Origin: an uncultured Porphyromonadaceae bacterium
GTDB taxonomy: Bacteria; Bacteroidota; Bacteroidia; Bacteroidales; UBA12481
Assembly (NCBI GenBank): GCA_964512915.1
Contig: CAZEKJ010000005.1
Span: 10,394-74,393, forward strand
Length of the DNA stretch: 64,000 nucleotides
Reading direction: 5' to 3'
Shown: positions 42,928 through 52,850 of the stretch, piece by piece
Layout: each line of letters starts with the position of its first letter
How positions within the stretch are numbered: position 1 is the stretch's first letter
The notes under the pieces: generated by a model
Seen by the model: the letters and a program-made list of their open reading frames with translations, nothing else
Database searches by the model: none
Told to the model about the DNA's origin: nothing
Position numbers and translations under genes: made by a program

Positions 42928-45294
42928 ATGTATAAAAGGATTGCTGTTTTGGCAGTATCCTGCTTCATCGTCCTGGCTGCAAAAGCACAATTAAGTATAA
43001 CCGGGACAATAACTGATGAATCAGGAGCGCCTCTTATAGGGGCAAATGTGCTAATCTCAAATTCACTTATCGGGGTTTCTTCCGGGAATGAAGGCCGGTT
43101 TCTGGTGACCGGCCTTAAACCAGGAACATACCAACTGGCGGTTTCCTACATGGGGTTTGAGCCCCGCGTAGTCCCGGTCAACCTGTCGGCTTCCGTTACC
43201 CTGGCAATAAAACTCATCCCGGCCTCCATCCTGGCAGACGAGATAATCGTCAGGGCCACAAGAGCCGGTAAGAATGCGCCGGTTGCCTGGTCGGCAATCA
43301 CGAAAGAGGATATCCGGAATTCCTCGAAAATTCAGGACATCCCATACCTGCTGGCCTCCACCCCTTCGGTAACCGTCACTTCGGATGCCGGCCTGGGCGT
43401 GGGATATTCGGGCATCCGGATACGGGGTACCGATCCTACCCGGATCAATGTGACCATCAATGGGGTTCCCTTCAACGACAGTGAATCCCATGAAGTATAT
43501 TGGGTTGATATCCCGGATATCATGGCCTCAACGGAGAATATTCAGGTCCAAAGGGGAGTTGGGACCTCAACCCAGGGAGCCGCTTCTTTCGGGGCCAATA
43601 TCAATCTGCAGACTACCTCAGTGAACAGTCGCCCGAATGCTTCAGTCAGCCTATCCGGAGGCTCCTTTAATACATCAAGAGCCAGCGTTTCTGCTGGTAC
43701 CGGTTTGATTAACAGCCACTGGAATGTGGATACCCGGTTCTCCCGGATCCATACCGATGGTTTTATCGACCGGGCCTTTGCCGATCTGAATTCCATGAGC
43801 GTATCGGGAGGCTATTTTTCAAAAAGAAATATTGTGAAAGCGACCCTTCTGTCAGGCTACGAAAGGACCTACCAGGCCTGGGGTGGAGTGCCTTCGGAGT
43901 TGCTGGAGACGCAACGCACGTATAATCCCTATACCTATGAAAATGAGGTGGATGACTATAAGCAGCAGCATGCCCAGTTGCAATGGTCGAGCAGGCTCAG
44001 GTCTGATCTGCATCTCAATGTATCCCTTTATTATACCCGGGGAAACGGTTACTATGAACAGTACAGGGAGGGCGAAAACCTGTCGGGTTACTTGATCCCT
44101 CCGGTTGTTATCGGAATGGACACACTCAACGAAACCGATCTGGTAAGAAGAAAATGGCTCGATAACCGGTTTTACGGTGCCGTATATTCCCTGAACCATC
44201 AAGGTAACCGACTGAATCTGACCTATGGCGGTGGAATCAGCAATTATTCCGGCGACCATTTCGGTCGGGTTATCTGGTCGAGGCTTGCCTCATCAGCCGC
44301 TCCGGATCATCAGTATTATTTCAGCAATGGTAAAAAGCTTGAATTGAATCAGTTCGTGAAGGCTGAAATGGCTGTTACCGACCGCATAGATCTTTTTGCC
44401 GACCTGCAGTATCGTCTCATCCGATATTCCATCAACGGCAATGACGATGACCTGAGAGATATCAGTCAAAGTCACCCGTATAATTTCATCAACCCGAAAG
44501 CGGGCCTAAACTTCAGAATCAGCAACGGATCCCGGGCTTTTATTAGCTATGGCATGGCCAACCGGGAGCCGAAGCGCAGCAATTTTACCGATGCCCGGCC
44601 TGGTGAGGTGGTCAGGCCGGAGCAGCTCCGTGACCTGGAAGCCGGGCTGGAATCGGGAAAAGGTGCTTTATCGGGTTCTGTAAACCTCTATTGGATGGAT
44701 TATACCGATCAGCTGGTACTGACCGGCAGGATTAATGACGTGGGTGCACCGGTGATGATCAACATCCCTGAAAGCTATCGGGCCGGCATCGAATTCAGCG
44801 GGACCTGGCAGCCGGTAAAGAGTATCAGTATGCAGGCCAATCTCACGCTTAGCACCAACAAAATCAGGCAGTTTACCGAGTATGTGGATGATTGGGATAC
44901 CGGAGTTCAGCAAGAGTTTTTTCTGGGTTCCACAGATATTGCCTTTTCGCCGTCTGTGATTTCCGCCGGCCGCATCACCTGGCTGGCACTCCCTGACCTG
45001 CGGTTTAGCCTCGACTCCCGGTATGTGGGCAGGCAATATACCGATAATACATCATCCGAAGAAAGGATGCTTGATCCTTATTGGGTCAATAACCTTATGA
45101 TATCCTGGTCGTTGCATCCCAAGGGATTTACAGAGCTCTCCCTCTTTCTGCAGGTTAACAACCTGTTGAATGAGCATTATGAGACCAATGCCTGGGTATA
45201 CAGTTATATCTACGAAGGGAACAGGGGTCAACTGGACGGATACTTCCCGCAGGCAGGAATACATTTCTTTGCTGGCTTAACTGCCTCGTTCTGA
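42928..45294 (+). CDS. TonB-dependent receptor with CarboxypepD_reg N-domain (thiamine-related uptake inferred from riboswitch)
   Basis: Signal peptide, ITGTITDESGAPLIGANVLI, plug-domain motifs, and a beta-barrel ending in ...LTASF. Confidence 0.85.
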   Translation: MYKRIAVLAVSCFIVLAAKAQLSITGTITDESGAPLIGANVLISNSLIGVSSGNEGRFLVTGLKPGTYQLAVSYMGFEPRVVPVNLSASVTLAIKLIPASILADEIIVRATRAGKNAPVAWSAITKEDIRNSSKIQDIPYLLASTPSVTVTSDAGLGVGYSGIRIRGTDPTRINVTINGVPFNDSESHEVYWVDIPDIMASTENIQVQRGVGTSTQGAASFGANINLQTTSVNSRPNASVSLSGGSFNTSRASVSAGTGLINSHWNVDTRFSRIHTDGFIDRAFADLNSMSVSGGYFSKRNIVKATLLSGYERTYQAWGGVPSELLETQRTYNPYTYENEVDDYKQQHAQLQWSSRLRSDLHLNVSLYYTRGNGYYEQYREGENLSGYLIPPVVIGMDTLNETDLVRRKWLDNRFYGAVYSLNHQGNRLNLTYGGGISNYSGDHFGRVIWSRLASSAAPDHQYYFSNGKKLELNQFVKAEMAVTDRIDLFADLQYRLIRYSINGNDDDLRDISQSHPYNFINPKAGLNFRISNGSRAFISYGMANREPKRSNFTDARPGEVVRPEQLRDLEAGLESGKGALSGSVNLYWMDYTDQLVLTGRINDVGAPVMINIPESYRAGIEFSGTWQPVKSISMQANLTLSTNKIRQFTEYVDDWDTGVQQEFFLGSTDIAFSPSVISAGRITWLALPDLRFSLDSRYVGRQYTDNTSSEERMLDPYWVNNLMISWSLHPKGFTELSLFLQVNNLLNEHYETNAWVYSYIYEGNRGQLDGYFPQAGIHFFAGLTASF

Positions 45295-45296
45295 TG

Positions 45297-45860
45297 TCAG
45301 AACCAGAATCCCAGTGAGAGCCTCGGGGCATAAAAGGGCATGATCCGCATGTAAGGATTATCCGGATCCTTCTGAAGGGTCATGCCGGCTTGTCCGGCCA
45401 GGGCTATACTCAGCCTGTTGCCGAAGAGAAAAGCATACCCGGCTTCAGCCGCAAGCCCCAGGGAATAAAAGTCGTTGAGCGGCCGGTATTCCGGAATGAC
45501 TACTGCTGCTGCATAGAATCCCCTCTGGCCTTCCTCGCTGTTCTTCAGGGGAAAGTAATAGGGAACGGCGATCTCGGCACCGATGCTCGAAATCACTGCC
45601 GGAAATTCAGGCCTCACCTGGATAGTCCAGATGGAATGAAGGCGGATGCCCCAATGCCGGTCGATGGCATATTCAACCGTCAGGGGCAGAATATTGATAT
45701 TAAAGGCTGATCTGTACTCGTCGAATGGAATTACCTCGAGGTCGGGCTGGATTCCAAGGTAGATCTGAACCGGCCTGATAACCGGTTTTTCCGCTTCCTG
45801 TGCGCATAACGCCACCATCGTGAACAAAGCGGGAATGAGAAAGGTTAGCCGGCGTATCAT
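45297..45860 (-). CDS. small putative outer-membrane beta-barrel protein
   Basis: Start at the ATG at 45860 (MIRRLTFLIPALFTMVALCAQE, a signal peptide). Alternating-hydrophobicity strands, ending in ...LSLGFWF. No family recognised. Confidence 0.4.
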   Translation of the reverse strand: MIRRLTFLIPALFTMVALCAQEAEKPVIRPVQIYLGIQPDLEVIPFDEYRSAFNINILPLTVEYAIDRHWGIRLHSIWTIQVRPEFPAVISSIGAEIAVPYYFPLKNSEEGQRGFYAAAVVIPEYRPLNDFYSLGLAAEAGYAFLFGNRLSIALAGQAGMTLQKDPDNPYMRIMPFYAPRLSLGFWF

Positions 45861-45867
45861 ATCGGAA

Positions 45868-47238
45868 TTATTTTTTTCTGCGATACCTGGAAATCTCAGG
45901 AACCATCTGGTCGGCCCAGACCGCATATCCTTCGCGTGTAAGATGTATAGCGTCGGGCGACATCAGGCCTTCAACCAGCGATCCGTCGGAATTGATGAAC
46001 TGCTTGTTGAGCGACTGATAAAAAACGTTTTTCCCGTTCGAAAGATCCCGGATGATCTTGTGGATTTCGTTGTATTTTTTCCGGTTAGGATCCGAATTAT
46101 CTTTTCCTGTCGGCAGCGGGCCATAAAGCAGGATTTTTGTCTCTGGCAGTTTTTTCAGAAGTGCCGAAACGATAGCCTTTATTCCTTTGGCAATCTCTTC
46201 CGCAGAATGATACGGGAAATTGTTTACTCCGATTTCGAGGACAACCACATCGGGTTTCACCAATTCAAAATTTCCGTTTTTGACACGCCAGAGTACATGC
46301 TGTGTGCGGTCGCCCGAAATGCCAAAGTTTGCCGCATTCAATGGCTTAAGCCGGGATTCCCATATCTCAGGAGCGGCCGACCAGACGGTGCGGCCATCTC
46401 CACCCCATCCCTGGGTAATGGAATTGCCCAGAAGAACAACATCGGGCTTTGAAGTTTTACCTATTTCATTGATAGCCTCAAACTGGCTGTACCAGTCCTT
46501 GCCTGCTCCCCATCCGGCTGCCGCACCCCGGCATTCGGCCCCGGGCGCTGCCAGAACTGCAGTATTCAGGTAACCGGAACTATGCATTTTATCACGGTGA
46601 AAAAGCGCCCGGTATATCTCTTCTACCATAAAGGCTGCCCCGATTGAGTTGGGATGAACATCATCCGGGAATGCATATTTATAAGGACGAAGGGGGGTAT
46701 ACAGATCGATCGTCTGAAGCTTTGTGGCTTTTGCGACGCTGTTGATTTTTGGTATAACCTCATCGCGGACAACCGAATCCCGGATCCCCCATTTGTCAGG
46801 AACAAATACTGGCACAGGCAGAGCCAGTATAATCCTCGGTTTCGAGGGCAGGTTCTTGTAGACAGTGATCAGGTCGGTGTAATCCTGTTCGAATTCACCG
46901 GCGAACTTCCAGTTCTGGGGCTTCGAATCATTGGTCCCCAGCTTGATAAGGATAATATCGGGATTAAAATCCAGAACCTTGCTGAACTCCGGCTCCTCCC
47001 AATAAGGTTTATCACCTTTCTTAAGCAGTGTTGCCCCTGAAACGCCGAAGTTTCTTACATCATACTCCTTTCCCAGCCACGCTTGCAGCTGGGCGGGATA
47101 GGACATTTTTTCCCGGTTGCCGATCCCGGCGCCATACGTGATGGAATTGCCCACGCAAGCAACCCTGATCACCTGCGATTGAACAGGGATCAATGCTCCG
47201 AGAGCAAACAGGAAAAGAAAAGGGATAGTCCTGTTCAA
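45868..47238 (-). CDS. secreted tandem SGNH/GDSL hydrolase (two esterase domains)
   Basis: Two block-I motifs, VACVGNSITYG and VVLLGNSITQGWGG, each followed by D..HP/D.IH block-V motifs. Confidence 0.75.
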   Translation of the reverse strand: MNRTIPFLFLFALGALIPVQSQVIRVACVGNSITYGAGIGNREKMSYPAQLQAWLGKEYDVRNFGVSGATLLKKGDKPYWEEPEFSKVLDFNPDIILIKLGTNDSKPQNWKFAGEFEQDYTDLITVYKNLPSKPRIILALPVPVFVPDKWGIRDSVVRDEVIPKINSVAKATKLQTIDLYTPLRPYKYAFPDDVHPNSIGAAFMVEEIYRALFHRDKMHSSGYLNTAVLAAPGAECRGAAAGWGAGKDWYSQFEAINEIGKTSKPDVVLLGNSITQGWGGDGRTVWSAAPEIWESRLKPLNAANFGISGDRTQHVLWRVKNGNFELVKPDVVVLEIGVNNFPYHSAEEIAKGIKAIVSALLKKLPETKILLYGPLPTGKDNSDPNRKKYNEIHKIIRDLSNGKNVFYQSLNKQFINSDGSLVEGLMSPDAIHLTREGYAVWADQMVPEISRYRRKK

Positions 47239-47244
47239 AACAGA

Positions 47245-48228
47245 TTACTTACCACACTTAAGGGTAACCTCAATCTCATATTTGGCATTTTCGGCGAACT
47301 GGCCAAACAACGCTTTTTTGTAAGCATCGCAGGCTTTAACCTTGTCACCTTTTCCGGCAAAAGCCACACCGGCTTCAAACCAGAATTTTGCCTCTTTCTC
47401 AGGAACATCTTCTTCCAATTCAAGCCCTTTGTTGGCAATCTCCAGTCCTTTGTCAAACTGAGACATCCCGTTGTAGGCTTTTGACAGGAAGAAAAGCATA
47501 TCCTTGCTGGTGTCGTCGTATTTCATTGATTTTTCCAGAACAGCAGTAGCTTCTGGAAACTTGCTTCCGTTAACCAGTTTGGATCCGGCACCCAGAAAAT
47601 ACTTGGCTGCAGCCTGTTTAGCCATCTTGGTCTCGTTGGCATTTTTGGAGGTCTCTTCAACTTTGGCAACGGCAGATTCAAATTTGTCTGCCAGATCGCC
47701 ATCGCGATAAATGAAAGACTGAACGATCCATGCGCGTGAACTGGTTGAATCAACAGCCAGGGACATGCCGATCAGTTCCTGTGCTTTCACCAGGTCCTTA
47801 GCCGTTCTTGCAGCATCTGCCTGCATATAGTAGATTTGAGCCAGGGCTATATTGCTTCTTTTGAGAACTTCGGCGTTATTGGTTTTTTCACCAAACTGAA
47901 TGGCAAGCTTGAAATTTTCAACGGCGGTGGCCAGATCCTTGGCACCTGCCAGTTTAGTTCCCAAATTATAGTAGGTTTCGGCGAATTTGGAGTTGGCCGC
48001 TGTCTTAATCGAATCAGCCGGAGCACCGATTTTACCGCACAAATCAATACAGGATTTGAGCGAATTAACGGATGCTGCCGGATCACTCCTCATAGTTTGC
48101 AGGGCAGCATTATAAGCGGTGATCACTTCAGTAAGGTCCTGTGCTACGACATTTCCTAAAAACCCGAGACTGAATACAGCCGTCAGTGCCAAACGGACAA
48201 AACTCTTTACTTTCATCATGAATCTCAA
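47245..48228 (-). CDS. secreted TPR-like helical repeat protein
   Basis: Signal peptide. Ala/Lys-rich helical repeats. No catalytic motif seen. Confidence 0.4.
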   Translation of the reverse strand: MRFMMKVKSFVRLALTAVFSLGFLGNVVAQDLTEVITAYNAALQTMRSDPAASVNSLKSCIDLCGKIGAPADSIKTAANSKFAETYYNLGTKLAGAKDLATAVENFKLAIQFGEKTNNAEVLKRSNIALAQIYYMQADAARTAKDLVKAQELIGMSLAVDSTSSRAWIVQSFIYRDGDLADKFESAVAKVEETSKNANETKMAKQAAAKYFLGAGSKLVNGSKFPEATAVLEKSMKYDDTSKDMLFFLSKAYNGMSQFDKGLEIANKGLELEEDVPEKEAKFWFEAGVAFAGKGDKVKACDAYKKALFGQFAENAKYEIEVTLKCGK

Positions 48229-48326
48229 TTATTAATCAGTTAGTTAAACAGTTAGTGATTTTCCAGCCGGTAAAGATAGAAAAGTCTTGAAAATAGAAAA
48301 ACCCGATACCAATTCATTCTACATCT

Positions 48327-48545
48327 TTATGACTCCATTTCCTTCAGGATCTTCTCGACTTCCTTTTCGGCGGTAAAAAGCTTTTTTTTGCATAACCGGA
48401 TAAGCTCGTTAACCCGTTTGAGCTTTTCAGCCAAATCATCCACATCAAGATCCTGTTTTTCAATCTTTCCAAGAATGGATTCAATTTCCCGGATAGCCTG
48501 CCTGTAGGAAAGATCGGGTGTTTCGGTTGTTTTATCAGTAGCCAT
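48327..48545 (-). CDS. xseB: exodeoxyribonuclease VII small subunit
   Basis: 72 aa. LSYRQAIREIESILGKIEKQDLDVDDLAEKLKRVNELIRLCKKKL matches the XseB pattern. Confidence 0.85.
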   Translation of the reverse strand: MATDKTTETPDLSYRQAIREIESILGKIEKQDLDVDDLAEKLKRVNELIRLCKKKLFTAEKEVEKILKEMES

Positions 48546-49002
48546 AAACTTTTCCGGTTATTTTTTCAATTTTAATCCTCATTACAAGCACGTTACGGAT
48601 GGAGGGTTCGCTGAATTCATAATCCTCCCCGGAATATTTTTGCATAACCAGCTTCATCACCCGGTATTTCTCATCATATTCCTCTACAAAAACCACTTTC
48701 CCGTGCACATTCACACTCTTGAATTTCATACCCCATGAGCAGCCCACTTCTTTGTGCCTGTGAAACAGTTCATTGCCCGTGTTGAAGTTTATGCACACCG
48801 ATGGGTTCTGCTTGAGTATATCAATCTTCGTGCCGTGTATATCAGCATGGAGATAAACACATCCCTCAGCAAACGCAAAATTCATGGGCAGCACATAGGG
48901 ACCCTCGCCGGAAGTCATGCCCACATAACACACCGTTGCCTCCTGTATGATGGCCTCCATTTCTGGTTGCCTGGATAAGAACCTGGGTCTGAGCATAATC
49001 AA
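48535..49002 (-). CDS. pyridoxamine 5'-phosphate oxidase-like FMN-binding protein (Pyridox_ox_2/NimA-like)
   Basis: 155 aa. CYVGMTSGEGPYVLPMNFAF..GCVYLHAD..G.KIDILKQNPSVCI is typical of the family. Confidence 0.7.
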   Translation of the reverse strand: MIMLRPRFLSRQPEMEAIIQEATVCYVGMTSGEGPYVLPMNFAFAEGCVYLHADIHGTKIDILKQNPSVCINFNTGNELFHRHKEVGCSWGMKFKSVNVHGKVVFVEEYDEKYRVMKLVMQKYSGEDYEFSEPSIRNVLVMRIKIEKITGKVYGY

Positions 49003-49008
49003 AATGTT

Positions 49009-50262
49009 TTAAAGATTTGTAATCGTGTCAATGTCAGCCTGAACTTCTCCGTCAGAAAATTTCGTGGTCACCCTGTCTCCTTTTGTTAACTGGGTAACTG
49101 ATTTGATAATCTTGCCCTCCTTAACCGTGAGGGTGTACCCCCGGGTCAGGAGCCTTCCGGGATCGTTGAGCACGGACGCCTGTTCAAGAAGCCTGATTTT
49201 TTGCTCCTGCGACCGGAAAAAGGTTGTATTGCCGGTCTGGAAACGGTTGATCAACTGCGAAATACGCAATAGATTTTGTTCCCTGAAATTTCTGGACGAC
49301 AATTTGAGCGTCTGCAAGGCCAGTGTAACCTTTTCGCGCTGAACCCGAAGGTATTGTTTTGCCGTTTCAACTGTATCGCCAGCCAGGGCATCGAGGCTGC
49401 GGCTAAATTCTTCAACGTGGTCAAGCAGGAATTCCGCCACCGCTGTGGGTGTCTTGCAACGGGTGTGTGCAACCATGTCCAGAACGGAGTCATCCTGTTC
49501 GTGGCCTATCCCGGTGATTACCGGCAGCGGGAATTGTGTGACGTAATACCCCAGGTCGTAATGGTCGAAGCTGCTGAGATCGAGCTTCGAGCCTCCTCCA
49601 CGGATTATCGCAACAACATCAAAGAAATCCGCATACCGCGCTATCCGGTCAAGGGCCGAAATAATCGAGGAAGCTGTCTCTTCTCCCTGCATTACAGCCG
49701 GGAAAAGCCGGGTATAGAAAACATACCCCGATGTGTTGTTCTGCAACTGGTCCTGAAAATCACCATACCCGGCTGCAGTCGGACTCGATATTACGGCAAT
49801 CCGTTGCGGAACCAGAGCGAGCTCAGTACCCTTATTCATATCAAATACGCCTGCTTCCTCCAGCCGCCGGATAATCTGTTGCCTTTTACGGGCCAGGTCG
49901 CCCAATGTAAAACTGGGTTCAATATCCCTGACAGTAAGACTGATAGAGTAGAGTTCGTGAAATTCAACGGAAACCTTGATCAGGATTTTTATTCCGGGGG
50001 CCAGCTCCTGGCCTGTAGTGGTTTCAAAATAGGGACGTAACATTCGCAGGGTAGTAGCCCATATGGTAGCCCTGCTGCGGGCCAGGATCCGGTCCTCATC
50101 CGGAGCCTTTTCAATGAGCTCCATGTAACAATGGCCATTCCGGTTATAGGTCAGGTCACTGATTTCGGCAATGATCCAGACCGGTTCCGGGATGCCGGAT
50201 TCCAGTACTCCCCGTATCCGGTTATTTAAGTCGAATAGGCTTAATGCTTCCTTGCCCGTCAT
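49009..50262 (-). CDS. xseA: exodeoxyribonuclease VII large subunit
   Basis: 417 aa. OB-fold N-terminus (VWIIAEISD...NGHCYMELIE) and IAVISSPTAAGYGDF, IIRGGGS and ITGIGHEQD motifs. Confidence 0.9.
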   Translation of the reverse strand: MTGKEALSLFDLNNRIRGVLESGIPEPVWIIAEISDLTYNRNGHCYMELIEKAPDEDRILARSRATIWATTLRMLRPYFETTTGQELAPGIKILIKVSVEFHELYSISLTVRDIEPSFTLGDLARKRQQIIRRLEEAGVFDMNKGTELALVPQRIAVISSPTAAGYGDFQDQLQNNTSGYVFYTRLFPAVMQGEETASSIISALDRIARYADFFDVVAIIRGGGSKLDLSSFDHYDLGYYVTQFPLPVITGIGHEQDDSVLDMVAHTRCKTPTAVAEFLLDHVEEFSRSLDALAGDTVETAKQYLRVQREKVTLALQTLKLSSRNFREQNLLRISQLINRFQTGNTTFFRSQEQKIRLLEQASVLNDPGRLLTRGYTLTVKEGKIIKSVTQLTKGDRVTTKFSDGEVQADIDTITNL

Positions 50263-50275
50263 GAATCGGATTGGT

Positions 50276-51949
50276 TTACCGTTGCGATATCCGAATCACC
50301 TTTCTATCATGGTGAGTGGTTCCGGTAATAATCCGGAGTATATACATCCCCTCTGGCAACGTGTGAAATTCACTGAGCTCGATTGAATTGACAGAGGTAA
50401 CCCCGACTTCAGCCTTTCGGCTTGCGATCACTCTGCCGGTCAGGGTAAGTAGCTGGATGCTGATCTCCTGTCGTTGAGGCGAGAAAAAATCTACCCTTAG
50501 CCGGTCAGTAAAAGGGTTTGGAAATATCCGGAACAGCGATTCATCGGTAAGCGGTATCGGGTTCATTCCCTGGATCAGGAAAAGGGCCTTGCCGAAATCC
50601 GGAATGCCATAACCCATCAGTGAATCCGGGCTGTTTGCCTGCGAAGCGCTGGCCTGTATTGCCTCGATGATTTTCATCGGGGGAAGGGAGCGGTTAATCT
50701 GCCAGAGGCAGGCAGCCAGGCCGCACATCACGGGTGAACTGAAGGAGGTCCCGCTACCCCTGTATATATTTCCATCGGTACCGGCAATGGCGGTCCAGGA
50801 TCCCTGAGCCGAAACATTGGGTTTGATCCGCCGGTCGAAAGTGGGACCGGTCGAACTGAATGGGGAGTAGTATCCCAGGGAATCAACAGACCCGATCGTG
50901 AGGATGCTGTCGGCATCTGCCGGAGCTGTGATATAATGCCAGGGTTTGTTGCCTTCATTGGCCGCACTGCTGACTACCAGTATTCCTCTAGCAGCAGCCA
51001 TGTCCGCCGCAATGGTTATTCGCGTGGTATTGCCGTCCATATCGGCATAGGTATGGTTCTGGGCGGGATTATCGAAAGTGGAGTACCCCAGCGAACTGTT
51101 GATCAGGTCGGCACCGGCACTGTCGGCCCACTCCGCACCAGCAACCCAGTTATCTTCCTCAATGATCAGCTCCGAGCCTGTATCTTCGGTCAGCAACAGG
51201 TAAAAGGAAGCTCTTGGAGCAGTTCCTACCATTTCACCGCTCAGGTTGGCCCCAATCGTTGACAGAACCTGCGCTCCATGAGAATGCTCGTCGTAGGCTA
51301 CCGGTTTGTTTCTTACAAAATCCCAGGTTCCCAGGATGCGGTTATCATGACGCAGGGAATCGAAGGCGCGGTTGATATTGACATTCCGGAATCCGCCGTC
51401 AAGAATGGCGATCACCATGCCCTGTCCCTGAAAGCCTTGATTATGAAGAATATGTCCGTTAAGCATCCCAATCTGGCGGGTTGCCTGACCATAACGAAGC
51501 AGGGTGGTGTCGGTCTGGTCAATCGAGGGAGTCAGAAACTGAAGGTCGGTTTCAAATTTATCTTTTACCAGTTGGCCCGATTTATAATAGCCTGCCGATT
51601 TAATCTGATAAACGAAAGGCAGTTTCCTGATGGTTTCAAGAATGGAAGTATCGGTTGCACGGATGGTCACCGCATTGAACCAGCGGGAGCGGGTAAGAAT
51701 TTCGGCGCCTGCGCTGCGGATGGAATCCAGGTAAGCCGGGTTCACCGGCAAGTCCTGACTGTTCACCGGGATTGAATACCGATCGCGTCTTTCAAGCGCC
51801 CTTGCCGAAAGAAATTCCCCGGGACGGTCAATGGAATAGGGAGAGTTGGCTTTATCGGTAAAACGTATCCAGTATTTATCAGGTGCTGTTTGTCCGGCAA
51901 CAGCGGAACAAACGCCCAGGCCGAGTAAAAATATCAGGATTCTTTTCAT
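50276..51949 (-). CDS. S8 subtilisin-family serine protease with T9SS C-terminal sorting domain
   Basis: The D/H/S triad contexts are ILDGGF, HGAQV and GSGTSFSSP. The C-terminal ~80 aa (FRIFPNPFTDRLRVDF...GMYILRII) form a Por/T9SS CTD. Confidence 0.85.
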   Translation of the reverse strand: MKRILIFLLGLGVCSAVAGQTAPDKYWIRFTDKANSPYSIDRPGEFLSARALERRDRYSIPVNSQDLPVNPAYLDSIRSAGAEILTRSRWFNAVTIRATDTSILETIRKLPFVYQIKSAGYYKSGQLVKDKFETDLQFLTPSIDQTDTTLLRYGQATRQIGMLNGHILHNQGFQGQGMVIAILDGGFRNVNINRAFDSLRHDNRILGTWDFVRNKPVAYDEHSHGAQVLSTIGANLSGEMVGTAPRASFYLLLTEDTGSELIIEEDNWVAGAEWADSAGADLINSSLGYSTFDNPAQNHTYADMDGNTTRITIAADMAAARGILVVSSAANEGNKPWHYITAPADADSILTIGSVDSLGYYSPFSSTGPTFDRRIKPNVSAQGSWTAIAGTDGNIYRGSGTSFSSPVMCGLAACLWQINRSLPPMKIIEAIQASASQANSPDSLMGYGIPDFGKALFLIQGMNPIPLTDESLFRIFPNPFTDRLRVDFFSPQRQEISIQLLTLTGRVIASRKAEVGVTSVNSIELSEFHTLPEGMYILRIITGTTHHDRKVIRISQR

Positions 51950-51984
51950 CGCTCACACAATTCAGTATATCGGTAAAGATAAGA

Positions 51985-52779
51985 CTATCGTTTGATCAAT
52001 TCTTCGGGGTTGTTGAGAAAGTCGGCGGGGTCCCTGAGGAGCCCCTGGTTTTTCTCGTACTGCTCAAAGGATTCCCGCTGGATCCTGCTCAAAACCTCGG
52101 GATTAAGAAGTTTCCCTTTGCGAAAGCTCAGGATATAATCCACGCTCCCATTGCCTTTGTAGTAGGTCCAGCGGCCCGATTTGGTTCCTTCCGAATACTG
52201 GCCCGATATTTCGGTTTTCCCATCGGGAAGAAGAACCTCAAATAATCCGTCGGCAATGCCGTTCCGGTATGACATTTTTGCCTGAACCGGGCCTTCGGGG
52301 TGAAAGGTTATCTGGATTCCCTCCAGTACATTGTTTTTCCACACGGTCTTTTCCACCGGACGCCCGTCAATATCATATCGCCATGCATCCCCGTTAATGA
52401 GTCCGTTTTGATAAAAGATACGGTATAAAGGTGTTTTGGCCGAAGAAAAAAACTCCCATAGCCCCTCCTTACGCTGATTAAGGTATAATCCCGTTGCCCT
52501 CAGGATGCCTTCGCTGTCGAAGAAACGGGCCATCACATGAGTGCCGGTTGAATCGTAATCCAGGTATGCACTGACCTTACCATCGGGATGGTACCGGGTG
52601 AACTTTCCGACAGGGTGCCCATCGAGAAAATACCCTTCGTATTGCTTTTGACCCGTTGAGCCGGAGTAGATCCAGTAGCCTGATTTGCGCCCGGATGAAT
52701 CAAGGCGGTTGAGTGTATCGGTCTGGGCCTGAAGGGCTGACGAAAAGGCGAGCAGGGTTATGATCAGAATCCGGATCAT
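51985..52779 (-). CDS. MORN-repeat / YwqK-like secreted protein
   Basis: Repeated G.W..Y..G....EG.Y..G...G units. I chose the start at 52779 (MIRILIITLLAFSSALQA) because the -7 box and the upstream terminator both fit it. Confidence 0.65.
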   Translation of the reverse strand: MIRILIITLLAFSSALQAQTDTLNRLDSSGRKSGYWIYSGSTGQKQYEGYFLDGHPVGKFTRYHPDGKVSAYLDYDSTGTHVMARFFDSEGILRATGLYLNQRKEGLWEFFSSAKTPLYRIFYQNGLINGDAWRYDIDGRPVEKTVWKNNVLEGIQITFHPEGPVQAKMSYRNGIADGLFEVLLPDGKTEISGQYSEGTKSGRWTYYKGNGSVDYILSFRKGKLLNPEVLSRIQRESFEQYEKNQGLLRDPADFLNNPEELIKR

Positions 52780-52795
52780 GCTGGTTGGTTTACTG

Positions 52796-52803
52796 CAAAA
52801 ATA
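52796..52803 (-). promoter_or_regulatory. candidate -7 box (TATTTTTG on minus strand)
   Basis: Perfect TAnnTTTG, 17 nt upstream of the ATG at 52779. Confidence 0.4.
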
Positions 52804-52836
52804 CAACAAAAAACCCCGGACTGGAAGCCCGGGGTT
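52801..52836 (-). terminator. rho-independent terminator of the peroxiredoxin (dnaK-prx) transcript
   Basis: On the minus strand, AACCCCGG-9 nt-CCGGGGTT is followed by TTTTGTTGTATTTTT. Confidence 0.65.
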
Positions 52837-52850
52837 ACTGATGTAATTAT

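Noticed and set aside
45286-45305. The palindrome GTTCTGA-TG-TCAGAAC at the convergent TonB-receptor / small OMP stops
   Set aside because: It is fully explained by two convergent genes that both end in Phe-stop (TTC TGA). No further structure is needed.
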